A stretch of 63,204 bases of DNA, counting the filler, from Octopus bimaculoides (Eukaryota), in NCBI RefSeq assembly GCF_001194135.2. It is 7 parts of 7 records of this genome, joined end to end, with 100 filler letters (N's around TTAATTAATTAA, not from the genome) between each part and the next. Parts side by side here need not be neighbours in the genome. Positions count along the whole stretch, not along the records: positions 15,770 to 36,821 come from NC_068986.1; 6 more parts are not named here. One strand, 5' to 3'. Under the pieces are notes generated by a model. It saw nothing but the letters and a program-made list of their open reading frames with translations. It was not told the DNA's origin and searched no databases. The translations under genes were made by a program, and so were the position numbers. Positions 23,440-34,710 of the stretch are shown piece after piece (the first letter of the stretch is position 1; each line of letters opens with the position of its first letter).

Positions 23440-23649
23440 ACATATATATATAGATTATGAGAGGTAATGGTGTCAAGAAGACCCAAGGGTGTCAGGTAAT
23501 GCTGAGTAAGTGCTGTGGACAGACTAGTTAAGCTCCAGGTTTGGTGATTATGCAAATGAGGAGTCCAACGTAGGTCATATATCAGCATGTGTATATATAT
23601 AAAAAAATTAACAGAATGAGATAAAAATCCCATGAGCAGGCTTGGCTGT

Positions 23650-23850
23650 TGTGTTTCAGTTATTTGACTGCGGCCATACTGGAGCACCACATTTAGTCGA
23701 GCAAATCGACCCCAGAACTTATTCTTTGTAAGCCTAGTACTTATTCTATCTGTCTCTTTTGCCAAACTGCTAAGTTACGGGGATGTAAACACACTAGCAT
23801 CAGTTTTCAAGCAATGTTGGGGGGAAAAACACAGACACACAAACATACAC

Positions 23851-23883
<33 letters not shown>

Positions 23884-23960
23884 CATATATTCGACAGGCT
23901 TCTTTCAGTTTCCGTCTACCAAATCCACTTACAAGGCTTTGGTCAGCGCGAGGCTATAAG
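23650..23960 (-). mobile_element. SINE family B (5' truncated) with internal (TA/TG) microsatellite
   Basis: Collinear reverse complement of 62380-62700. Confidence 0.85.
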
Positions 23961-23994
23961 TAGATTGAGGACCATGTGCTGCAATAGCTTGGAA

Positions 23995-24270
23995 TTCAAG
24001 GGCCCTAGCTATTTAACACCTTGCCAAAACATCTGATAGATCTTCATGGAGTGGGGATAGATGTTTTCAAGAAACAAATTGACCTCTTGTTATCCAGGGT
24101 CCCAGATAATCCAGTATTGAGGCAGGAGACTCAATAGAGGGCAGCAGTGTTGAACTCCATCCTTCACCAAAAGCTAATCACATAAGATCGGTCTCTGAAA
24201 AGGTGATTACACTGGCCATGCCTCAGCATGGCCACAACCTTAGGGCTAAAGCATATAAAAGAATAAAAGA
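23995..24270 (+). mobile_element. 3' end of a CR1-like LINE
   Basis: Translates LFNTLPKHLIDLHGVGIDVFKKQIDLLLSRVPDNP, followed by a CAGCATGGCCACAAC...TAAAAGAATAAAAGA tail; homologous to 43250-43368 (RNLHKVDVSNFKSKLDLFLSRVPDES). Confidence 0.65.
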
Positions 24271-24587
24271 ATATTCCTGATCGCTAAATGAACTGAAGCA
24301 TAGCGGAATAAATTATGCTTGGGTAATCATGTAGCACCTCTAGAGCAAGGCACCTATTCTGCTCTGGCCCCTATCTCACTTTAAACCTGAATCCCCAGGC
24401 ACAAAGCTAATTCTCTCTCTGAGTCCATCGTGTTGCAAGTTGCATGGTGATCTCATTAGCGTTGGTGTTATGGGGACAAAAAAGCAGAAAAAGGGCATCT
24501 GGTATCTATTGTAAAGGGATTGATATTTGAAAGGGCATTTGTATCTAGTGTAAAGGGATTGATATTTGAAAGAGCATTTGTCTATAG

Positions 24588-24847
24588 CAGTGGTTCTCAA
24601 CTGGTATCTATGTGACCCTTAAAGTCCCATATAAGGGTCTGTTGTTAAAAATTATATGCAATAAATTGGTTATATTTCTATAATATACAAAACATTTTAA
24701 CAATTCTGTTTTTATATAATTCCTAACAATATTTAATTACAAAAACATCATCAGAGATTTTAAACATCAAATGGCTAAGTGGGTCCAGATGAGTAAAATA
24801 GGAACCAGAGTGGGGTTCATAGGCAAAAAAGGGGTTAAGAATCACAG
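24588..24847. mobile_element. hAT (Charlie-like) MITE
   Basis: Left end CAGTGGTTCTCAAC and right end GTTAAGAATCACAG (11/14 match to the expected TIR). 8-bp flanks are GTCTATAG (24580-24587) and ATCTATAG (24848-24855). Confidence 0.75.
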
Positions 24848-24962
24848 ATCTATAGTGATTATGCCAAAATGTATGATGGATCATGACACAGTCATTGGAC
24901 ATGCCAGGCCCCTATCAAACCAGCCAATCCATGCTAACATGGAGCACGGGTGTTAAATGAAA

Positions 24963-24994
<32 letters not shown>

Positions 24995-25366
24995 AATGAT
25001 GATGACAGCCAATGAAACCCTTGAAATGGATTTGAACTTGCAATACATCGAGTTGTAGTTTAATATCTTATCCATTCAGCCATGCTTTTGTTCCCTCCCT
25101 TTTTAAGTTAGACAATCAGTCGGTGAAAATAATTATGTAACACACTGTACATATCTGGTATTAAATAGAGGATTAACTGATTTGTTGTGTGGGTATTTAT
25201 AATGCGAAGAAGATCAAGATGATGGGGGTTGAGCAGTGTCAATCAGCGCTCGACCTATTGAATATTGACTATTGACTATTGTGCTGTAATTTCATTTCTA
25301 GCCCTACCTTCCTATAGGAAGATATCTTACTATGCTGTATCATAATGTAAAGATTTAATATATAAC

Positions 25367-25403
<37 letters not shown>

Positions 25404-26575
25404 NNNNNNNNNNNNNNNNNNNNNNNNNNNNNNNNNNNNNNNNNNNNNNNNNNNNNNNNNNNNNNNNNNNNNNNNNNNNNNNNNNNNNNNNNNNNNNNNN
25501 NNNNNNNNNNNNNNNNNNNNNNNNNNNNNNNNNNNNNTATATATATGAAAAAGAAAGGGAATGAAATATATATGTATATCTCCAATACAATAGGCTGAGA
25601 AATTTAAAAAATCTGACTTCATCACCAAACTAAATCATATTTAGACATGATGTGTATGTCTGTGTTTGTGCGTGGTTGTATATATCTGCCTTTGTCATTT
25701 TATATGCATACATATACACAAATGTACATACATACATACATACATAAATATATGTATGCACATACACACATACATACGTTGTACATACAAACATATGTAC
25801 ATATATACACGAACAAACTCCAAACAAAAAAATAATAAATTCCACAACCTAACCAGTCATCCAGAGCCTCCGAGATCAGATAGATAGAGCGAGCTGGTTA
25901 TTGAATTAGTTTATTTTATCTGGAGCTTATTTCTATTTCATTATCAAAATATAAAAACAAAGCCACAACCACCATAACAACAGCAACAAACACCAACATC
26001 GACACTGTGAAGAAGCAGGAGATGAAGACGAAGAAAGAACAACAAGCAGGAGATGAAGAAGAAAACGACAAGCACCATCGTGGAAGAAAAGAAAAGATTT
26101 CACAAAAGCTGATGGAAGCTATACAAATAACCCTGTGTATTTATCTTATCTAGTACGAAGGAAATCTTAAAAATGATGATTACACAATAGTCTTTCATTT
26201 ACTTGCCGGAATTTTCTGCTTGCACGCGTGTTTATGCGTGTATATCTGTGTGAACATATATATGTGTGTGTGCAACTGAGTGTACACGAATGTGTGTGTA
26301 TGGGTGTGTGTGTGTGTGTGTGTGTTTGTAGTGAATTTATCTTTTTTTTATATTTTTTTATTGTTTTGTTCCCCTTTTCATTTTTTGTTTCTTATTTTCT
26401 TTTTCTTCTCATTTTTCTTTTGTTATTATAATTTTGTCTTCTTTCTTTTTTTTGTTTGTGAGAATAATCTCTAGCTCATTATTTTCTTTCGGAGACTATA
26501 TGTTGAACCTAATTTAGTTCTATTTATTAACGCACAAGTCTTGGTAATTAATTCAAACAAACTAGTTAAAATCTC

Positions 26576-26631
<56 letters not shown>

Positions 26632-26979
26632 CTATCTATCTCTCCCTCTCTCTCTTGCACTCTCTCTTTCTCGCTCTCTCTCTTGCTCTCTCTCTCTCTC
26701 ACTCTCTCTCTCTCTATATATATATATACACACATACATATATATACATGTACATACATACACACACGCACACACACACACACACACACACATACATGCA
26801 TCTCTTTCTCTCTTCTCTACAGATATATACACGCAGAGCTGAATATACAGAGATAATTATATCTGAGAGTCTTAATGAATTTTAAATTATAATATGCCAA
26901 AAGAGCAACTTATGTTTACTCAAAATAATAAGAATATTAATTATCATAATAATAATAATAATAATTATAATAATAATAA

Positions 26980-27195
26980 TAGCTTCAAATTTTGGCACCG
27001 AGCCAGCACCTTTGTGGGAGAGGAGGTTAGGTGATACTTGATGGGAACTTCGTTTGATAACCACCACCCACCCTCACCAAAGAAAAAACAACAAAGAGTA
27101 AAGAGGACCTGGGTAGAATTTTAATTCAGGACATAATAAACCAGAAGAATTGCTATTAAGCGTTTTGTTTGACATGCTAATGGTTTTGCCAACAG
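26980..27195 (-). mobile_element. Diverged SINE family A, tail type 2
   Basis: Plus strand shows TTCAAATTTTGGCACCGAGCCAGCA (tail) and GCTATTAAGCGTTTTGTTTGACATGCTAATGGTTTTGCCAAC (head), both reversed. Confidence 0.6.
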
Positions 27196-27399
27196 ACTTC
27201 ATAGAATCATGGGCATATTAACAAAAATAACAACAATAAGTTGATAATAACAAGAGCCCTCAGATAGCACAAACTTCCACCAAGGGAACACCAGCGTCCT
27301 CTCAATAATTAGCCAGAGATGATTTTTAAAATGAGAATATCTGAAATAAACTCAACTGTTTCACAAACGAGAATACTTAAAATGAACCCAACCACTCTC

Positions 27400-27660
27400 A
27401 AAAATTAAATTTAAAAAATGGAAAAATAATTCAGAATCCTTGTCTGGTACTGGATCGATCCCAGAGCTGAAAAGACTGTGGAAGACTATGAGAACAATTA
27501 TTCTTGTGGCAATTGCTACATTTGGCACAATAACCAAAATGCTGCCTAAAAGAATGAAAAATATTGGAAACAAGACTTGCTTTGTTGACTTGCAGAAAAG
27601 CGCCATCCTATATTCTTGCAAAAACTCAAAAAAAAAAGAAAATTCTTGAAATTTGAGGAC
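27400..27660 (+). mobile_element. C-terminal relic of an R4/Dong-like (RLE) non-LTR retrotransposon ORF
   Basis: IPELKRLWKTMRTIILVAIATFGTITKMLPKRMKNIGNKTCFVDLQKSAILYS matches the RLE-element C-terminus pattern EL.RLW....V.PVV.G.LG.I...L...L..IG......LQK.A.L.S. Confidence 0.7.
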
Positions 27661-27780
27661 ACATGTTGTTACTATACCTCAAGAAAACATTCCAGCTAAT
27701 TAAATTTGTATGTAATAATTATGGAACGATAATTTGCTTTTATGTGCTACCAGGGTTTCATTCATTAGACAGTAAACCAA

Positions 27781-28100
27781 CATACATTATTTACATTATT
27801 TACAATTGACGGATATTTGTCCTCATCTTGTTTGTTATTAACACAACGTCTTGGCTGATATACCCTCCAGCCTTCTTCAGGCGTCTTGGGGAAATTTCAA
27901 ACCTGGGTTCTCATTCCTAAGGTATTTTTTGATGTTGTTGTTGTTATTATTATTATTATTATTATTCAGGTCACTGCCTGGAATCGAACTCAGAATCTTG
28001 GGGTCAGTAGCCCACACTCTTAACCATTATGCCAAATGCCCGTCAAATGTAAGTAATGTAAATAATGTACATAATTCCTCATCTCTTAGGTATAGAACTG
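27781..28100 (-). mobile_element. tRNA-headed SINE-like element with Penelope-type tail, degenerate hammerhead motif and inverted tail copy
   Basis: A box TGGCATAATGG (28024-28034) and B box GTTCGATTC (27981-27989), an (AAT/AAC)n linker, a hammerhead-like motif at 27840-27885, and 31-bp inverted repeats at 27782-27812 and 28040-28070 (3 mismatches). Confidence 0.75.
27840..27885 (-). ncRNA. Minimal type I hammerhead ribozyme-like motif (probably inactive copy)
   Basis: GACGC-CTGAAGA-A-GGCTG(GAGGGTATAT)CAGCC-AAGA-CGT-T-GTGTT. Stem I is GACGC/GTGTT, stem II is GGCTG/CAGCC, and stem III is palindromic ACGT. GAAA is replaced by AAGA. Confidence 0.55.
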
Positions 28101-29176
28101 CACTAAACTAATATGTTTCCATCTCTTTCGCAATACTCACTGGACACCAGACAAAAAGATGCAATTTCTAGTCAAATGAAAGCAGCAGGGCAAAATTTAA
28201 GATGGACTCAGCTAAGAACCAAGTCCAACCTACAGACTCTAAAAGCTGTCCAATAAAGTAACCAGTCTGAATTGCTCCAACAAAGGAATCTCGTACATCT
28301 TGCTCAATCTTGACCATTACTATAAAGTTTATGGCAAACAAGGTACTTATAGAATTTGTCTATAGCCTCTGCAGGCAACATAAGCATTTACCATACTTCC
28401 CTGACTTTTCAAGGCTAGCTTCCTCTACAATGATTTCGTCTGTGTGTCAGTGGCCACCCTGTTTGAAATATCACCTCTGTTGCTCTCCACCTGGTGTCTG
28501 AGCTGAACCAGACAAGTCCCACTGCACATTAACTCTTTTGTTACCTTATATCTGTTGAAATATGCTGTCGTTGTTTCGATTTATTCGTAAAATAACGAAG
28601 AATTTGGTAAAATAACTTTGTCATTATTAAGCTAGAATTTCATAGATAAATAAAAATGAAAAAGAATATTTTAAAACAAGAAGTTTATATCATAAAACTC
28701 TGAGTTGCTAGATCTATATTCTTGCCAAGTGTTTGACAGATTTCTTCCCAAACGTATGTCTCTACAGGTCAGCATGGCCAAAGCTATATCCTCAAAATAC
28801 TGACATGATCCTCTTTCATCTAATGAGTGTAGACATGTCTCTATGCTTAAGAAGCTTGCCCCACAACNNNNNNNNNNNNNNNNNNNNNNNNNNNNNNNNN
28901 NNNNNNNNNNNNNNNNNNNNNNNNNNNNNNNNNNNNNNNNNNNNNNNNNNNNNNNNNNNNNNNNNNNNNNNNNNNNNNNNNNNNNNNNNNNNNNNNNNNN
29001 NNNNNNNNNNNNNNNNNNNNNNNNNNNNNNNNNNNNNNNNNNNNNNNNNNNNNNNNNNNNNNNNNNNNNNNNNNNNNNNNNNNNNNNNNNNNNNNNNNNN
29101 NNNNNNNNNNNNNNNNNNNNNNNNNNNNNNNNNNNNNNNNNNNNNNNNNNNNNNNNNNNNNNNNNNNNNNNNNNNN

Positions 29177-29420
29177 AAAATACACCATTTAGAAAGTGGC
29201 CGTTGCCAGTACCGCCTGACTGGCCTTCGTGCCGGTGGCATGTAAAAGCACCCACTACACTCTCGGAGTGGCTGGCATTAGGAAGGGCATCCAGCTGTAG
29301 AAACTCTGCCAGATCAGATTGGAGGCTGGTGTAGCCACCTGGTTCACCAGTCCTCAGTCAAATCGTCCAACCCATGCTAGCATGGAAGGCAGACGTTAAA
29401 TGACGATGATGATGATGATG
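29177..29420 (+). mobile_element. SINE family C (5' part in gap)
   Basis: GTTGCCAGTACCGCCTGACTGGCCTTCGTGCCGGTGGCATGTAAAAGCACCCACTACACTCTCGGAGTGG...GACGTTAAATGACGATGATG. Confidence 0.85.
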
Positions 29421-29424
29421 ATAT

Positions 29425-29455
<31 letters not shown>

Positions 29456-29854
29456 GCTCTCTCAGAGCATGTGTGTGTGTGTGCGTGCACATGTGTATAT
29501 GAGTGAGTGTGCGTTTATGTGTGTTGACAATCATAAATCAGAATTTACATCATGCTAGTGGTGTCCTTCATTTCAATCTTTCACAAGAACATATCCATCC
29601 ATGGGAAACATATCACTTTGTTTGGAAACAGGTAATGGTTGGTGACAGGAAGAGCATCCAATCATAGAATATCAGCTGTCACTTTGAAATAAGGAAATAG
29701 AAAACGAAGGTGCAGGCATCGTCTTAACATCTACTTTTCCATGTTTCCATGGATCCATCTGACTCATGCAAGCATGGAAAAAGAGACGTTAAAATGATGA
29801 TTATTGATGAAGACAAAATAGGACAAAAAAAATAAAAAGAATTAAAACACTTAC

Positions 29855-30444
29855 CTCAAGCAATGTATCACAAGATTCTTCATTGCTAGCTATGTCTCCA
29901 CAGAATGGTCCCAAACAACTGTTCTTAGGTAATGGAATGGTGCAACACACTTGTAAATCATCTCCCGCACCTTTAACAAGTCGAAGGATTTCACACTTTG
30001 GAGAAGTGACAGACACCGATGATGACAATAGTACTGATGATGAGGATGACGATGATGATGGTGGTGATGATGATGACGATGTCGATGAAGTTGAAATCGC
30101 TGACGTCGATGATAAAGCTGTCAGCGATGTCGACGATGGAGGTGGTGGCGAGGACAAGGCAGAAGGCTCCTCTTTGGAAGATAGTCCATAGCAAGAATTG
30201 TTACAAGTTTGTTCAGTCTTTATTTGAACATTTTCGCACAATGGTTCTTTAAACGTCGGCGAAAATGAATTTTGTTGGGGTGAGGATGCACAGGATTCTT
30301 CTTCCTCTTGGAAGTTGCTTTCCATGTCTTCATGGTTAGAAATTTGAGCGGGTGTTGGAAGCACTTCTTCTTTAATATCTTCAAGGTTTTTTCTATCAAG
30401 TTCATCTTCCAATTCCTTGTCGATGTTTTCATCCCCGGGTAGTC
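29855..30444 (-). CDS. Internal coding exon of a PR/SET-domain (PRDM-like) gene: acidic and Ser-rich region plus N-terminal part of the PR domain
   Basis: Acceptor TTTTCTGTTTTCAG|GA at 30445/30444 and donor GAG|GTAAGT at 29855/29854; 590 nt, phase 1 to phase 0, fully open. The end CEILRLVKGAGDDLQVCCTIPLPKNSCLGPFCGDIASNEESCDTLLE fits the PR pattern ..GV.....I..G..FGP+.G......WE. Confidence 0.75.
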
Positions 30445-30740
30445 CTGAAAACAGAAAAGAAATAATTAAAAAATATGTATGTGTATACATATACATATAT
30501 ATATATATATATGGAATTATATAATTAAAATTATGAAATATTATATAATGTTATAATATTATATAATTTCTTTTGCTTTTTTTAACTTTTACATTTTGTC
30601 TCCATTATTTATTTAGTCTGCAAGGCAGTAAGCTGGCAGANNNNNNNNNNNNNNNNNNNNNNNNNNNNNNNNNNNNNNNNNNNNNNNNNNNNNNNNNNNN
30701 NNNNNNNNNNNNNNNNNNNNNNNNNNNNNNNNNNNNNNNN

Positions 30741-30999
30741 GATGATGATGATGATGATGACGATGATGACGATGATGATGATGAGGAGGATGATGGTGAT
30801 GATAATGGTAATGATGATGATGATGATGATGATAATGATGATGATGATAACGAGGAGGAGGATGATGACGATGATGATGATGAGCATGATGATGATGATA
30901 ATGGTAATGATAATGATGATGATGATGATAATGATAATGATGATAACGAGGAGGAGGATGATGATGATGATGATGATGACGATGAGGAGGAGGAAGAGG

Positions 31000-31051
<52 letters not shown>

Positions 31052-31164
31052 CGACGATGATGATGATAATGGTAATGATGATGATGATGATGATAATGAT
31101 AATTATGATGATGATAACGAGGAGGAGGATGATGATGATGATGATGATGATGACAATGAGGAGG

Positions 31165-31195
<31 letters not shown>

Positions 31196-31310
31196 CGACG
31201 ATGACGACGATGATGACAACGACAGCAAATTTCAGTGGAGGGTGAGCAGCTGTATTGAGGATAATAATGACAATGACAATGGCAATGATGATGATGATGA
31301 TGATGACAGA
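30741..31310. repeat. Complex (GAT)n array with GAG/GAC/AAT variants and higher-order repetition
   Basis: Markers AATGGTAAT at 30804, 30900 and 31068, and AACGAGGAGGAGG at 30849, 30945 and 31116. Confidence 0.9.
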
Positions 31311-32585
31311 AAACTCCAGAATATAAAAAGTTCCGCAGAAGAATATCAAAAAATTATTCCAATTTGGAAGTGAAGTCTTGGGCAAAACTCATAAAACAAC
31401 AACAACACCACCAGAAATGACCATAAATCGATTTGGACGCTGAAGAGGTCAAGGTTCTTCAGATGTTATCTTTGATTAATTCTCATTCTTTTGGAGTCAG
31501 CAGAGGTGATTAGCCAAATTGTAACATCCTATATTGGTCACCAGAACGCAATTAACTTCACAGTCCATTATAATAGCATTTATTCCCCCTTTATGTAATC
31601 CTCTCCAATTCTTATTTCAATAGAGTTAATATATATTTCTTTCTTCAATGGTAGCCGTAACGTTACATGAAAAAGAACTTTCTTTTTCTTCCGTGTAATA
31701 AAATAATAGATGTGTAAATCTCTTTGGCAGTTATTGTAATTGTAGATACTGGTCACAGCAGCAGAAGCAACGATAGTGAAGGTAGGAACAGGAGCAGCTC
31801 GGTGTTGCTGTTGGTGTTCTTCTTGTTGTTATCGTTGTTGTAGTTCACTATTTGAGTAGTTTTAATGGACATAGGTAATTAACTAGTCTTTTAGTGGTTA
31901 ATAGAGAGACTTAAGGTAATTATTATTCTATTAATTATTAATTGAATGAGAATGGGGCAGCGTCTGAAAAGACACCCAGGCACACATGCACGGGAAAAGA
32001 CACACACATACATAGATATGCACAAAGAGATACAAGAATGAACGCACACTTATACATACAGATAAGAAACACACACAGATGCGTATATATATACACATGC
32101 ACACACACACACATATTCACAGACAAACACATACCCACACAGATACAAGCAACACACACACAGATATATATATTTATATGTATATGTGTGTGTATATATN
32201 NNNNNNNNNNNNNNNNNNNNNNNNNNNNNNNNNNNNNNNNNNNNNNNNNNNNNNNNNNNNNNNNNNNNNNNNNNNNNNNNNNNNNNNNNNNNNNNNNNNN
32301 NNNNNNNNNNNNNNNNNNNNNNNNNNNNNNNNNNNNNNNNNNNNNNNNNNNNNNNNNNNNNNNNNNNNNNNNNNNNNNNNNNNNNNNNNNNNNNNNNNNN
32401 NNNNNNNNNNNNNNNNNNNNNNNNNNNNNNNNNNNNNNNNNNNNNNNNNNNNNNNNNNNNNNNNNNNNNNNNNNNNNNNNNNNNNNNNNNNNNNNNNNNN
32501 NNNNNNNNNNNNNNNNNNNNNNNNNNNNNNNNNNNNNNNNNNNNNNNNNNNNNNNNNNNNNNNNNNNNNNNNNNNNNNNNNNNNN

Positions 32586-32637
<52 letters not shown>

Positions 32638-33525
32638 CGATTCAGAGATGCACACGCATATACACTCACATACATGCAGAGGCTTCCACAACATTATCTA
32701 CCAATTCTATAGAGGTATAATCTTAATAAAGGAAACATCTACTTCAAACTCTCCAAGAAATAGCAGAACTGTCTTTTGCAAGTCGCACATTAACACCCTG
32801 TTTTCACATTCCACCCCCATCACCACTGGAAAAAAACAAAAGGATGGATGAACCGAGTGAAGGTTCAAAGACCATTTAGCAAAAGCACAGGCCGTCAGAA
32901 CTTCCAGGCTGGTGTCCAGTGTGCTGGAAAACTACTGGGAGGGAGTGAGGTTCCGTTTAGCTTTTGTTGAAGCATGTCTCAAGGGCCTGCATGACACCCA
33001 GGCTGTGTCTGCTCCAATAATCGGTAATGTCTTCGTCAAAGAATCTGCTGTGATGGTTGGTAACTGATGACAAAATCCGCTGCTATGGATCACATTATCC
33101 CAAAGTGTGTATGTGTGTGACTAGGGACCACATGTGAATGTGTATACCCGTTGAAACTCCAAACTGTTCGTTGAAACCAGCTCAACCTATTCCTGCGGAA
33201 TGCTGCGGCAAGAACAAGCAGATACTGACCCCTGGGGCACCATATCCTCTCAGCTTTGTCACTGCCATACATTTCTCATTTTCCCCCATGTCTAAGCCTG
33301 CCTTTCTTTCTCTCTCCCTTTTTGCTTCCACACTCCTGTAAATTACTCCCCACACCACCCCGTCCTCCTCCTCCTCCTCCTCCTCCTCATTATCATTGTC
33401 ATCATTATCATCATCGTCATTGTCATCGTCATCATCATCATCATCATCATCATCATCTTCATCTTCTCCATCACCATCATCATTCTCAGCATCACTACCA
33501 CCACCACCACCACCACCACCACTAC

Positions 33526-33579
<54 letters not shown>

Positions 33580-33885
33580 AATCAGCATTATCACCATTAC
33601 CACCTAGACCACCACTACAACCATCATCATCATCACCATCATCATCATCCTCATCCTCATCATCATCATCATCATCATCGTCACCATCGTCACCATCATC
33701 ATCATCATCTCTCTCCTTTGTATCATCATTTCTATTCTGCTACACTTCACTCCCATAGATCAGTTGGTCGACCCTTACCCACCGACTCCTCCCACCCCAC
33801 CGCACCCACTCCAATCCCTGTTATACAGTATTTACCATCCATGCACTCAACATTTACAGTTGTCACCTACTCTTCCCTACCTCCC

Positions 33886-34117
33886 AACGGCGAGCTGGCA
33901 GAGACGTTAGCATGCCGGGCGAAATGCTTAGCGGTATTTCGTCTGCCGCTACGTTCTGAGTTCAAATTCCGCCAAGGTCGACTTTGCCTTTCATCCTTTC
34001 GGGGTCGATTAAATAAGTACCAGTTACGCACTGGGGTCGATATAATCGACTTAATCCGTTTGTCTGTCTTTGTTTGTCCCCTCTGTGTGTAGCCCCTTGT
34101 GGGCAGTAAAGAAATAA
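33886..34117 (+). mobile_element. Full-length young SINE family A, tail type 1
   Basis: GGCGAGCTGGCAGAGACGTTAGCATGCCGGGCGAAATGCTTAGCGG...GTTCAAATTCC...GCCTTTCATCCTTTCGGGGTCGATTAAATAAGTACCAG...GCCCCTTGTGGGCAGTAAAGAAATAA. Confidence 0.9.
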
Positions 34118-34319
34118 CACTTGTTCTTCTTTCCCAGCATTTACCTCCTCACCACCCCATACACTCTTCCTACCTCCACCCACCACCAACATATCTCCCT
34201 TCAGTTCTTCTGTCCCCTTCCCTCTGTTCCCTTCTACAAACCTCAGGCACCTCGTCTCATCTCCTACCCTGTTGCTCAGCCTAGATCACCCCCACCCTCT
34301 CCTCTGAAACATTTGAGCA

Positions 34320-34570
34320 GGAGTGGCTGTGTGGTAAGAAGCTTAGTTGCAAACCACAGGGTCCTGAGTTCAGTTCCACTAAAATGGTGACCCTTACTCG
34401 TGTCGGTGATATGCAAAAGCACCCAGTATTAAGTGGTTGGCATTAGGAAGGACATCCAGCAGTAGAAGCCATGCTGAAGGAGATGCTAATGCCCGATGCA
34501 AGCCCTTGGACCAGTTGGAGCTTGTCAAAGGACCCGGCAGATGCCAACATGGAACCGGGGGGCAAGATGA
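34320..34570 (+). mobile_element. Chimeric SINE: family-B tRNA head joined to family-C body and tail
   Basis: GGAGTGGCTGTGTGGTAAGAAGCTT...GAGTTCAGTTCCACT, then AAAAGCACCCAG..AAGTGGTTGGCATTAGGAAGGACATCCAGCAGTAGAA, ending in the (GAT)n array. Confidence 0.7.
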
Positions 34571-34671
34571 TGTTGGTGATGATAATGATGATGATGATGA
34601 TGATGATGGTGATGACGATGATGATGACGGTTGTAGTGGTGGTCTAGGTGGTGATGGTGATAATGCTGATT

Positions 34672-34710
<39 letters not shown>

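Noticed and set aside
29200-29300. HDV-like ribozyme in the SINE-C body
   Set aside because: P2- and P4-like pairings exist, but P1 is short, L3 is atypical, there is no C-x-A-type J4/2, and a competing GCCAGT/ACTGGC hairpin is stronger.
32870-33341. GC-richer stretch with 60-70-codon open frames
   Set aside because: No recognisable family, weak acceptors and inconsistent frames.
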